Assembly: GCF_002113885.1 (NCBI RefSeq)
Contig: NW_018408909.1
Location: forward strand, 842,005 to 901,206
DNA: 59,202 bases
DNA from: Mizuhopecten yessoensis
Lineage: Eukaryota
Reading direction: 5' to 3'
Shown here: positions 1 to 12,219 of the stretch, one piece after another
Layout of the letters: every line of letters begins with the position of its first letter
Position numbering within the stretch: the first letter of the stretch is position 1
The notes under the pieces: model-generated
The model's database searches: none
What the model saw: only the letters and a program-made list of their open reading frames with translations
What the model was told of the DNA's origin: nothing
Program-made: the position numbers and the translations under genes

Positions 1-122
1 GATTGGTTAATTATTGGATAGTAGAGGCTGACTTGTGTGTTATGTCACATAAAATTGCCGGTTACATCCTACTTCCTCCACCAATATTTCATCGGCAAGC
101 CTGATGACAGGTTTTCACTTAC

Positions 123-440
123 TGCCTGTGGAAGTTTGGGAGCTGCTGCTCCTACATGGATTGCATCGTAAGGACCAGCATCAATGTAACCCTGGCGACC
201 GTCTCCACTAACAAGCTTCATCTGTCCAGTCTCGAGTAACTGACCAATGGCAGGATCCTTCTTCACATTTTCCACAGACATACTGACCAGCTGATCCATG
301 TGGTCGATTCCCACGGCCAGTCCGGTCTTGCCAACCATAAGGGCCATGCAAGCCGTCAGGTAGCCACTCCCTGACCCCACATCCAATGCCACTGACCCCT
401 CTTTCAGATGGTCAGACAGCAGTTCTAGGGCGTGGGCATG
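123..440 (-). CDS. PCMT1: Protein-L-isoaspartate O-methyltransferase, coding exon 3 (gene continues beyond the left edge)
   Basis: Acceptor tttcag| at 441-443 and donor |gtaagt at 122. 318 nt, phase 0/0, encoding [48 protein letters not shown], the SAM-binding and PIMT signature motifs. Confidence 0.96.
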
Positions 441-723
441 CTGAAATTTGATACAGTATGTCTCGCAAATCTAAAGTAAATCAACTTTTATATCCAACAA
501 AATAGTCTGCAAACAAGTAAAACACATGTCTAAACATTTTCTTCATGTTGGTAAGTATGGATTACAACAAAACAATAAAATAGAATTGTTATGGAATCAT
601 GCATACCAGTGTTTATTTGATACTAGGAATTGCATTGAAACAAAACACTACAATATGTTAAGATGTTTTAAGATATTTGATCCCAGTGACTTTGGAGGTG
701 TGTCAAGGTCATTAATTTGAAGA

Positions 724-1996
724 AAACAAGAGGCCCAAGAGGGCCTGTATCGCTCACCTGAATATTTAAGCAGTCATAGCAAAAAATTCTCATTAAATAT
801 TATATTGCACTAAAAATATTTCCCTCGCAAACTTTGTTGGCTCCATCTATTATAACTACCAGCAAAATATTATTATAAGATTCTATGCTTTTTGATTCTT
901 CTTCAGAAGTTGCCGACATATTTTTCCCTGTGACCTTGTAAGTAGGTCAATGTCATTTTCCTTTTCCAATTGGTTCCTTAAAGCTACTATATTATATATT
1001 ATAACTGTATGCCTTTAAATTCTTCAGAAGTAGTTTGAACTATTTGACATATTTGAATGCTGTGACCTTGAAAGTAAGTCAAGGTCATTTTCATTCACAA
1101 ACTTTGTTTGGCTCTTTCCCAGGAAGCCACCTGCGAAATATTAAGATTCTATACCTTTCAGTTCTTCAGAAGATGTCGTTTGAAGTGTCTGACACATTTG
1201 ACCCCTGTGACCTTGAAAAAAGGTCAATGTCATTTTCATCCTCTAAGTTTGTCAGGCTCTATCCCAGGAAGCCATCAATCAAATATAATGATTCTATACC
1301 TTTCAGTTCTTCAGAAGAAGTCGTTTGAAGCATTTGACATATTTGACCCCTGTGACCTTGAAAGTAGGTCAAACTAATTTTCATTCTAAAACTTTGTTGG
1401 GCTATATCCCAGGAAGCTACCAGCCAAATATAAAGATTCTATACCTTTCAGTTCTTCAGAAGAAGTCGTTTGAAGTGTTTGACACATTTGACCCCTGTGA
1501 CCTTGAAAGTAGGTCAAGGTAATTTTCATTCTCAAACTTTGTTGAGCTCCATCCCTGGAAGCCATCAGCCAAATATGAAGATTCTATACCTTTTAGTTCT
1601 TCAGAAGAAGTTGTTTGAAGTTTTTGACATATTTGACCCCTGTGACCTTGAAAGTAGGTCAAAATAATTTTCATTATCAAACTTTGTTGGGCACTATCCC
1701 AGGAAGCTACCAGCCAAATATAAAGAATCTATATCTTTCAGTTCTTCAGAAGAAGTCGTTTGAAGTATTTGACACATTTGACCCCTGTGACCTTGAAAGT
1801 AGGTCAAGGTAATTTTCATCCTCAAACTTTGTAGGGCTCCTACCAACAAAGCTTTCAGCCAAATATCATGACTCTAGGCCTGTCCGTTCTTCATCAGAAG
1901 TTGTTTAAAGGAAAAGTTGACGGATGAGGACGGACGGACGACGGACACCGCACCATGACATAAGCTCACTTGCCCTTCATGCAGGTGAGCTAAAAA
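724..1996. mobile_element. Non-autonomous Helentron-type (HINE/DINE-1/pearl-like) element with an internal ~145-bp tandem array, in a PCMT1 intron
   Basis: Left end aaacaag-aggccc..gggcct hairpin plus gctcacctg subterminal repeat. About 7 units marked by tgtgaccttgaaagtaggtcaa. (GACG)n microsatellite at ~1919-1946. Right palindrome agctcacttg..caggtgagct followed by aaaaa. Confidence 0.8.
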
Positions 1997-2576
1997 TGGT
2001 AACCCTCATCGAAGCAAGCTACTGGTTAATGGGAAGAAGTTATTCAAAGAAAAAGGTTGATGCGGGACAATGGCCTACATAGTGCCACAGCATAGCTTTC
2101 AATTTTGTCATGACATATTCCAAGGATGTAGAAAAGTTATGTATTTTGAGAGCATACCCCTTGGATTTTGAAGATGGCACCTCCAAAGCCACTACTGTAC
2201 AGAGTATATTTATCATTGTTCAAAAGAGATGGGACCTAGTAACAAGGCTGAACTACAGAATACATTAAGTCTGGTGTAGTCAGAGTTTGAAAACAACTAA
2301 ACAAGCTTAAGAGGTTTAAGCCTTACCTCTTGCTCCCACATAGAACAAAATCAGAAAATTACTATAACTACACTAACAACAATTCCACGGAATCATATGT
2401 CTGGCTTACTTTACTTCTGCTTTGATCATCAACAGTGGTTGGTAAGAGAATAAGAGCAAATTAAAGAAACTTCACAATTCTGATGACCTAACTTTAACTT
2501 TACTGATGTTTACTGATTTCAAACTTTAAAATTCAAATTAAATTGGAATATAAAATACAGATTTTTTTTTATTTAA

Positions 2577-2659
2577 CCCTTTCACCCCTATGTAACTTTA
2601 GTAGACTCTACCATGCATTGATGGGGATGCATCCGTTATAGTCTACGGTTGTGAAAGGG
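2577..2659. mobile_element. 83-bp piggyBac-type MITE
   Basis: TTAA|ccctttcac ... gtgaaaggg|TTAA, with an inner inverted pair gtagact/agtctac. Confidence 0.7.
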
Positions 2660-3128
2660 TTAAATATCAAACTTTTGAATATAACAAATTTAATACGTTT
2701 AAAATAATGAAAAATTTAAATGATGTTTTCTACATTAAGATTTACTGTCTATGATGTAGCTATTTTGTAGAACTTGACCTTTTTGAGATACAACACATAA
2801 ATAGTTTTTAAATGCACAGCTAAACGCAAAAACTTGAAACTGATGAGGATGATTTAACAGTTACTGGCCCAGGTATTGTAGCCTTATTCAGTATCTGATA
2901 CATAGATTGCAATGAGGATGCTAAGATGAAACTATGGTCCAAGTTTGGATGGTGTAGCACATATGCTTTGGTAAAAACAGAGCTAAATGCAAAAAATGAA
3001 ACGTTGACACCGCTGGAGAAGTGACACTTATGTCTCGCCTCTGTGACAACTGTTAGATAAACAAATCATTAAATCAAAAATAAACATAAATAATTGTATT
3101 GCCACAAAGGCTTGTGTTTTTAAGTTAC

Positions 3129-3271
3129 CATATGAGGAGCGCTGATGGTGACGGAGAAGCCGATACTTTGTGGAGAGTCAGCATAGGCAGACATAGGATT
3201 CTTCACATAGTTCTGTCTGTCTACCTGGAGCATGGCCTGAACCACCCTGTCAGACTTTAAAATACCATTCA
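3129..3271 (-). CDS. PCMT1: PCMT1 coding exon 2
   Basis: ccccag| acceptor and |gtaact donor. 143 nt, phase 1/0, encoding (L)[41 protein letters not shown]. Joins in frame with both neighbours. Confidence 0.95.
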
Positions 3272-3622
3272 CTGGGGACAGAGAGGTAAGCATTCTGAAT
3301 ATGATGTACCTTACTTACATGTCAATATCAGTACAAGTATTATGGATCATATTTTCTCTAACCATTATATGAAGTTTTCAATAATGCCATTTTGAAATAG
3401 GGGTGTTCAATTTCATATTAGATTAATAGCCTGCATTAAGATTTTGAAAATTTCTGTTAGCCCAACCTATAATTTCATTAAATACACATAATAATTACTG
3501 AAAATGTTCACAAGCATCTGCTCCCAAATACTATTTACTAGCCCTGGTATCAATCTGATAGAATTGTACACCCTTGTGAAGTCTATAACAACACGTTGCA
3601 GTGTATTGTCGTACATACTTAC

Positions 3623-3677
3623 ACCTTAAGTTTTCCACAAGGTTGGCGTTGGTGTTACCACTGGATCGCCAAGCCAT
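3623..3677 (-). CDS. PCMT1: PCMT1 coding exon 1
   Basis: ATG at 3677, MAWRSSGNTNANLVENLR plus 1 nt, then |gtaagt. Matches the conserved PIMT N-terminus MAW(K/R)S. A cag acceptor at 3692-3690 suggests a further non-coding exon upstream. Confidence 0.93.
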
Positions 3678-3962
3678 AGTGGCCACAACCTGACGTGACA
3701 CAAGTCCCACAAAAAAACACAAGTTACGAAAGCTCTTTGCGACCAGTCTCTGTAAAACCATTACCCTCAAACTCTAAACAGAGTTCAGGCAGGTAAGGTT
3801 GTGGTCATCAAGGTCAATTGTCAGGATGTTGTCCACACTTGAGATGCTGGTCACTAGTTATGTGGGGGAGACAGCTGGTAGGTCCATCACATACTAAAAG
3901 CAAGAAAAGTTTACAATATATTCATGTGTAACAGGGAGAGGGAAAATACAAAGGACCTGTAT

Positions 3963-4017
3963 GGTTCAAACCCAGGAACTTCTAAATCTAGACAGATGCC
4001 TAACCAATTGAGCTACC
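3963..4017 (-). repeat. Degenerate tRNA-derived (SINE-head-like) sequence
   Basis: Reverse complement reads ggtagctcaattggttag..gggtttgaacc: A-box and B-box-like, same family as the copies at 4400 and 4644. Confidence 0.55.
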
Positions 4018-4399
4018 TTTTCAGCTGCATATATATAATCACTCGGTCCTGAGGCCCGCTACACACCTCTCTTATTTCCCTTGTTCTTTCATAGCAGAAC
4101 TGGACTAGGTCAATCATCGGCGACCAATTACAAGTAGCTTAATTGTTATTTGGTAGTGCAGATGTCTGAGAGTTTGGAGGGTCTCTTCCTCAAATCCCAG
4201 CTAGCTGTTGCATTTCTCTTTCTCCTAGCTGTTACAAAATATGAAAGCTTGCCAACACTTGTTTCAAGCACAGGGGATCATGCTTGGCAAGGGGGTACCC
4301 AAGCCTGGGTTGTAAATAGTGATGTCTTTGGGGGCCAAGACTTAAAAAAAGTGGGGAGGAATGTATTTGAGCTGATCTGGGTCGATCGTCAGCGACAAG

Positions 4400-4881
4400 G
4401 TAGCTCAATTGGTAAGAGCATCCGTCTAGAGTTTGGAGGGTCCCTGGTTCGAATCCTGGTCTGGCACAACACTGTACAGCACTACTGTACAGATCGTGTA
4501 CACAACACTACTGTACAGTTTGGGTATACAACACTACTACTGTACAGTTTGTATATCTGCTTTGAAATTATATAAGAATAATTATTTTCAGTGTTTATAA
4601 TAGTTCATTTTTTAAACAGTAATGGCTGTTGTATCGCTCAATTGTAGCTCAATTGGTAAGAGCATCCATCTAGAGTTTGGAGGGTCCCTGGTTCGAATCC
4701 TGGTCTGGCACAACACTGTACAACACTACTTTACAGATCGTGTACACAACACTACTGTACAGTTTGGGTATACAACACTACTACTGTACAGTTTGTATAT
4801 CTGCTTTGAAATTATATAAGAATAATTATTTTCAGTGTTTATAATAGTTCATTTTTTAAACAGTAATGGCTGTTGTATCGC
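4400..4881 (+). repeat. Tandem duplication of a 238-bp segment starting with a tRNA-derived (pseudo-tRNA/SINE) head
   Basis: 4400-4637 and 4644-4881 are near-identical. Each begins gtagctcaattggtaagagc..ggttcgaatcc (Pol III A and B boxes) but has no proper acceptor stem. Confidence 0.85.
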
Positions 4882-5197
4882 ATTTTTCGATATGTTATTC
4901 TACACATCTGTCGTTCACAGTAAATCCAGGTTTTTTTTTCGCCCTGATTGAAGACAATACTTTTACAAACCAATTTCAGGAAAACCTAGCTATGCCAAGA
5001 AGACGCTCGAAATAACTGCGCTACCTGGTCACTGGCACTAAAGGAGCACAGTCCCACTACACATAGAACACTAGAATAGAAAATAAAACTCTTAGCATGG
5101 ACATCAATGGACATTCCAAGTCAACAGGTCAATGTGTAGTAGAAGGAACAACGAACTCAAACAGTTTTCACTAAAACGGTTAAGGTAATTGTTCAGC

Positions 5198-5244
5198 ACT
5201 TGCCATTAACATTATTACTGTCAGTAATAATGTTAATGGCAAGT
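5198..5244. repeat. Perfect inverted repeat, 23-bp arms with a 1-nt spacer
   Basis: acttgccattaacattattactg-t-cagtaataatgttaatggcaagt. Confidence 0.95.
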
Positions 5245-5689
5245 TAACTGTGACAACTTAAATTTGTCTACATATCGCCTTCTCCTAGACAGTGATCTGT
5301 TAACACTAGCCTGACTAGGATTAGGCCCAATAACAGTGCCAGTGGATTATGGAGTTCCAGACTCAGATTTTAGTGCATGCTCTAATTTACAAATGAAATG
5401 GTGGTTTAACAAGACAATCATGGACAGAAAAAATGGTAAAAACAAAAATGCACTGATTCTTGTCTCGCTGTCATCATACATTACCAATATAACAGCGAAA
5501 AGAAATAGAAAATTCTGTTTCTGTGCTTCTGGACAACGTACTGACCTTACGGTCAAATCAGAGAGGTATCGAAAACACTATGATAAGGCGCATTCGGTTA
5601 GGGAAAAGTGTACGTTTACACGAGTTGTCTCTCTTGTCACTAGTTCCTTTATTTAATTTTCTTTAAAAAAAAAAGGAATTATTTTCATG

Positions 5690-7590
5690 TAGTTTTGCAT
5701 GTAGTGTCGACGTCAATGTAAGCTGATCCAGCTTCTTGGGATGTATCTTGCTATTGTTAATCATGTCCGGTTGTGAGTAACATGTTGGTACAAATTTGGT
5801 GATGATGACGCCAGTGATTGTTTAGCCGAGATTTAAAACTATTCAGGGAGGGGACCTCTACAACTATGTTTGGGAGATAGTTCCACACGTCCACGACCAT
5901 ACTACTGTACAGGTTCTGGGTTACGTTGAGCCTCATCTTTCTCTTGAAAAGCTTTTTTGGAATATCCTCTTGTTGGAACCAATGTTGCTATTTTAATAAT
6001 TTTGTCCTTGTCCAAAATGTCAATGTCATACATGATTTTAAAGATTTGTATGACATCTCCTCTCAATCTTCTATATTCTAAACTGGGGAGGCCCAGCGTA
6101 CAAAGTCTTTTGCTGTAGGATTGTCTTTTTTTAGAATGTCCTGCGTTGGACATTTTCAATGGCAATTTGATATTTTTTAAACATTCCAAGTGTGGCCGCA
6201 TTACACTTTTAAACAGTTGGATAAAAATGTCTTTGTTTATAAATGTGAATGTCCGAAATATTAGTCCGAGGATTCTGTTGGCTTTGGAAACACACTCGTT
6301 GACATGGTCAGTAAAATTTAGTTGATGGTCAAATACTACTCCCAAACCTTTTCTTTGATCACTTTATCAATGGTTACTTCAATTTGTCCATTTTTTGTTG
6401 TGTAAGCCGAGTCCCTGGTTTGATTACCTACTGACGTGTGTTTACATTTTTTTCCATTTAGTTTCATGTTCCAAACTTTTGTCCGGTCACATAATCTGTG
6501 GATATCGTCCTGAAGAGTATTCCTATCATCGTCATCCGAAATTCCGGAGTATAACTTTGTATCATCAGCAAATAATTTAATTATGGATTGTACGACTTCC
6601 GGCATATCGTTGACAAATATCAAGAACGAAAGTGGTCCTAGGACACTCCCTTGTGGGACACCACTGGTTACATTCCTGGTATTGGATATTTCACCATTGA
6701 TCACCACCTTTTGCTTCATCCCGCTTAGAACATTGGAGTAGCTTCCCCTGGATCCCATAATGTTCTAATTTAAACAGCAGTACCGTTTGTTAGGGACAGT
6801 GTCAAATGCCTTGTTAAAGTCAAGGTATATAACATCCATCTGTTGTCGATTGTTTATTTGTTCTGATCAATCTTCAATGGAACCTCTAGCAGCTGGGTAA
6901 CACAAGATTTTCCCTTGGTGAATCCATGTTGACACTTGGAGAAAAGATTGTTGGTGTCCATATGACGCACAATGGCATCCTTGATAATTCTTTGCATTAA
7001 TTTTCCAAGAACTGATGTTAAACTGATTGGTCTGTAGTTTTCTGGGCTGGTTTTTGATCCAGATTTATGTATGGGGGCCACAATGGCATTTTTCCAATCC
7101 TGGGGTAGTTTACCATCATTTAAAGATTTTTTAAGAAGATGATAAATTGGTGTGACACGCTCGTTAGCCGACTCTAATAGTAGTTTTGGATGGAATAGGT
7201 CGGGACCTCCTGACTTGGTAGGATTTAGTAGCCTTATTGCCGATAGTATCTTGTTTTCCGTGATGTCAATATCGTTGATTGGTTCCGGCTAGATAGTTTC
7301 TTCTATTGAACACTGGCAGTGGTTCATTTGTTTCGACAGTGAAAACACTTGTGAAGTAGTTGTTCATGATCTCAACTTTGTCTCTATTGTTAGATGTCAA
7401 GTCACCATTGGCGTCTTTGCTATTTCCTATTGTACTTTTAGTCTTGGTCTTTGACCTAATGTATTTCCAGAATGTCTTACTATTTGATTTGGTGTCCATG
7501 GCCATGTTCCTTTCATAATTGTATTTTGATGCTCTAATTTGTTTCAAAGCTTGGTTTCTAGCTTTTTTTGTATTCATTCCAGTTCTTTTA
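5690..7590 (-). mobile_element. 5'-truncated, decayed CR1-group LINE (reverse transcriptase region)
   Basis: Broken ORFs carrying NYRPISLTS, QHGF, GVPQGSVLGP, LFADDTKLY, RPHLE and YRRLRGD. Boundaries approximate. Confidence 0.9.
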
Positions 7591-7697
7591 GAAACGTTGC
7601 TAGCTGAAATAATTACGTTATTTTGAGGCTTCTACTTCAATAAAATCCCATTACATGTTCTATATAATTATACTACTGTACGTCTCTGGTCTCTGGG

Positions 7698-7810
7698 TAG
7701 TCCGAATTATTCTGACGTTTTATCAACTTTTTTCCTATCGGTCTGTCGTTGATTATCGACGACAGACCGATATGAAAAAAGTTGATAAAACGTCAGAATA
7801 ATTCGGACTA
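7698..7810. mobile_element. 113-bp foldback MITE with a 9-bp target-site duplication
   Basis: Near-perfect palindrome TAGtccgaatt...aattcggaCTA flanked by gtctctggg at 7689-7697 and 7811-7819. Confidence 0.85.
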
Positions 7811-10169
7811 GTCTCTGGGTGGAGTGCTATCATTTGTTCAAATAAAGTATTGTTCAAATATCAAATAAAGTATCTATAGTGACCAGCTTTTTAGTACATG
7901 AATCAAAGGTATTAAAAAGTTTAAAAAAAGTTTGTATGGTGTTTATTCATGATATTTTATATGGTTTGAGTGACTTTCAAATTTACTGATGGTTGCTCAA
8001 ATGAATTACCTTGACCCCTTTTTGGGACATAGGATTTAAGTGAACTAAAAAGGTTCGAGCGAATTCTATCAAACTTTTTAAGGTTTAGTAAAATGGTATT
8101 TGGCCTGTAAGCTTGCTGGTATGATAGCCTATCGAGCTGGCACGAATTAGTTACATTGACCCGCTAAGTATATAAAGCCGTGTCATTCATACTATAAATG
8201 CCATATCAACTCAGTAATGTTCAGTGCTTAATTATATGGTATCCGGTAGAAAATATAGACTATATTAGTATTATTCATGATGAATTTAACGATACTAAAT
8301 TGTTAATGAATTGCCCAATGACCCCTTTCATTTGTACGTCCTTATAAAAAAAAATCCAGAACAATTTAGAGGTGATCTGACGAATAAAGGCCAGATTCAG
8401 ACTGGTTATTTCCTTATGTTTTACAATACATTGGTGAGCAGACATATACCATAAGTACAATATTTTTAATAAACAATGTATTGAAAATAAATTTTGGCCA
8501 TTTTTTCCGACTTTGCTTCCTCTTCTCAGACCCCGAAAAGGGTGTGTGTATTTGATCACGAACGTTTCATGCAAATTAGTTTTTAAACACTCCGTTTGTG
8601 AACAAAACAAATATATATCTTATATATGTCAAACTTGACGAATTGCAAGTAAGTATAACAAAAAACTAATTGACAAAAGAATGCGTTACATTTGCACGAA
8701 GGTTTTCACTGTATTATATCTGCGATTTATAAAGTGCATGGAGATGCACATGAAAGACATAATACAGTAAAACAGTAAGAGCAAAATGAAACGTCTTCAT
8801 TTGTCAAATAACTCTTTATTTTTCTTATTGTCCTGTCGTTTCCCCAAGGAGATTGTTAATTAAGAGAAGACAGCCATGCAGTTCACAACATGTACTTTTA
8901 TACAAATTATCTATTTATTAGACATTGTAGCATCTCATTAAGTGGACATACATGTAGGTCAGTGTATATTGTAACATACTATATTTGATTTTCTCCTAAT
9001 GAATTCGTTAACAGTATGTACTGTACAGATGCTGTAATCATATCGATTCATTAGACATCTCTGCAAGTCCCCTTCGTCAATTTAGTTAATGATGTACTGT
9101 AATATGATTTTATATAGATTATAACGGAAATTCAGTTTGTTCTCGGCGACAATAGATCTGACCATCCTATTTCCATAGTGGTTCCAATGGATTGGTCAAG
9201 TCTGCCATTACATTGATGACTTCAGTTGACCGCACTTCACCCATGCTTTAGTATGTTGACATGTAGTTTACCTCTCTCCGTTCTGTAGCATATATAAAGT
9301 GAAAATCGTGATATAAACTTCTACCATCAGAAATAGACCTTTGATAAGCCTGTTTGATTCTTCCTTCATTCGTTCGTTCATAGTAAAAGACATAATAACA
9401 CATTTACGAAGAGACAGATATTCTATCAAATTATCTCAGATTGAATTGGAATAATCAACGTTGTCAATGAAATGAACACAGAGTAACCATAGCAGTAATA
9501 TGTTTATGGTTCCATACCCGACGGTAGATCTACTCTACTTTTACTACAGAGAAAGCTGATCTGTACACTACAGCTTAGGGAAAATTACATACCATTCAAC
9601 TGCTAGATTTAAGGGGAACCAGAATGGTATAACCAACACAATGACAAAAGTCCAGGGTAAACAAGATCGGGTTTTGTTTCTATAACAGGAGCGACGAAGG
9701 AAACAAATGTTTTAAAGATTTTCTTGAGATATTTTGTTTGTTTGGGGTTTAACGTCCACGCAACAGCCAATGTCATATAAAGTCGGATCTATGGACACAA
9801 GGTACCACAGAGATACCTGTCTCTCAATCTTAAAAACGATAAGGGAAGGAAGAGATAGAGTGAGAAAAACGGACATACTCAATTAGACATATGATTGTTT
9901 GTTTAGACTACTAATAGATGACTACATGAAGTACTATGTAGTCTATGTTATATATGTTTACAAGTTTATTACTACTTTAAGTCGTCCGACTTATCACTTA
10001 CAACATATATACAGTACAATACAATATACATCCATGTAAACATAATATGTCTAGGTATTATATTTGTATATATGAGAACCAGCTCTGTACCGCCTTCTCA
10101 CCACTACTGAGAATGCCATTTATCTCCCCCTACAGAAACTGACCGTCATCAAGACTGTTACACCAATTT

Positions 10170-11780
10170 GATTCGATTAAGAGGTGACAATGAGAGTGTT
10201 CCTATTTCTTTCATTTATTTTCCGAGCTATTGAATACTGAATCAACAGCAATATGCCAACACTGTAGATTGGGGACGCAGGCAGGTTATTATCAAGAAAG
10301 GGAAGGTTAAAGATAAGAAAATCAAAATCGTCCCGCTTATCGTTCATCTTAGTGGTACGATGAGCCGCCATTGTTGGTAATGTTGTAAGTTAAGATTGAG
10401 GAAAGCGGCTGAAGAATCTTCAATTTCAGGCGTAGGAGGGTATATGCGATAGACGTGGTCAATATATATATATATATATATATATATTTTTGAAGACATC
10501 GTCGATGTATCTCTGTATGAAATTGAAGGTCATTGTAGCTTTTTGTTACAAGTCCTGATAAGCTCATCAATAAATTCAGACTCATAGAAATAAACAAAGA
10601 AGCGCATAGTCTGATGGAAAATCTTTCCATCGAATTTATCCAAGATATTTTCAACCTGAAACTTTACCATTCTTGCAATTTCATCCTTGGCATTTTTCAT
10701 TGCGGCCATGTTTGTGCTTTGTACAAAATATGCTCCAAAATACTTTACAACCATATGTTTATATCACCATTCGCCTTTTCTTGGGAAAGAAAGCTTCCAT
10801 AATAAGAGAACGATTGCGTTGATATAAACAGTCAAAAAGTCCAAAGTTTTGATAAAAGAAACATGTTTGAGGAGATGATGTTCGAGATCCAAAATCCACA
10901 TACCGTTAATGCCACTTCTAAAGCGTGTGTCACCTAACGCCTGTAACCTTGATTTAATGGTACTGAGAAGTACTTGGTTAAGTAACTTGAAGTGGCAGCG
11001 ATCAAACGTTGATTTTAATGATTCTTGTTAAGTATCGGAATCTTAGTTTCTTTTTGCAAGGAGACAATGCAATAGTGAAGATAAAGATAAAGTTGTGAGA
11101 TGCCTTGTCTGCAAACACGACTAGGTAGCTATCATGTAGATCATTAAGTGCGAGTGCCTGATAAATATGACCCACTCTGAAAGTGAAACTGATTCAGAAT
11201 ATTATCGTTTTACCCATTTTCTAGAGACGTCTTTCACAGAATCCAACAATATTTTGAAAATTACGTTCCAAATGACAGTAGGATTCTGTCGATATTTACA
11301 TAGGTCCTTTCATGAAAAGCTCTTGTAGCTTTGCATTATGGATACTGTCTTGATCGTCAGTTACTGCATGTCCAGACTTTAGCGGGGAATACCGCCGACG
11401 GATCATTCACTATTAGGTCTACCAACAATGTGCGATGCCACCAGTGAATTTCAAGATGAACAGTAGAATGTTTTAGAGTTTGCACATGATCGTTCAGTCA
11501 ACGAATTGTTTAATAAATGAGATGAAGAAAAGTGCAGGCGCCTTCAACTTCCATACGATATGCTACCAGTTGGTTGGTGACAACACTAGTACTTTTACCA
11601 TGGAGCAGAATGGTCAGACAATTTCAAAACGGGCCACGTCGAGTCAAGAAGTCAAATAAACATTACGCAAAACATGGAGAAACCTTCAGAAGCATCACTA
11701 GGAGCGTATAATAGATCCTACACGGATAGGCTGCGGCCACCGTGTATAGGATGAAGATTTTGACACCTTCTGGTCTTGAA
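10170..11780 (-). mobile_element. Highly decayed Penelope-like retroelement (RT region)
   Basis: Minus-strand fragments in the expected order: GHAVTDD, KGP.KYR, FADKASHNFIFI, IPILNKN..RLIAA, TLDFLTVY, F.VENI..KFDGKIFHQT, DKRDDFDFLIFNLPFLDNNLPASPIY. Boundaries approximate. Confidence 0.7.
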
Positions 11781-12219
11781 AGTCATCAAAACAAGTGAAA
11801 TGACAATCAGATACTTACCATATCTATCTGTTGTCTGTTTCTATCTTCACTCGTGGTCATTAGAATCGTTTTGAAAAAATGCTGTCTTCCAAACACAACG
11901 GGCACCACCAGTGCGTGACAGATGCCGACTGATGACGGACAAACATGCAGCACAAGGTTTCCAAAGATGCAAGTTGATGAAGACAATGGACAATAGTCGT
12001 TTGCCCAATTTTTATCGATTTGGAGTTCGAATTACGTTTTTTTTAACATTTATGTATTCTCTGATTGATTTGTTTTCAATTCTACCGTAAAATCGACTCG
12101 CATATTTATTATGCCGACTACAGCGATATAGTGACTGTATTCAAGCACAAGACATGATACAAACTAAAATGTAAATTATCTCTACCCACTGGGTATAGTG
12201 TTATCTCTTAGTTATTAGC

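Noticed and set aside
1035-1812. Series of similar 65-aa ORFs
   Set aside because: They are by-products of the 145-bp array in the Helentron-type element.
4398-4466. Functional tRNA gene
   Set aside because: A and B boxes are present, but the acceptor and anticodon stems pair poorly, and degenerate relatives occur at 3963, 4134 and ~56165. SINE-like.
11925-12005. Hammerhead ribozyme next to the Penelope-like relic
   Set aside because: ctgatga/ttgatga are present, but the GAAA core and stems are missing and the strand is opposite to the element.
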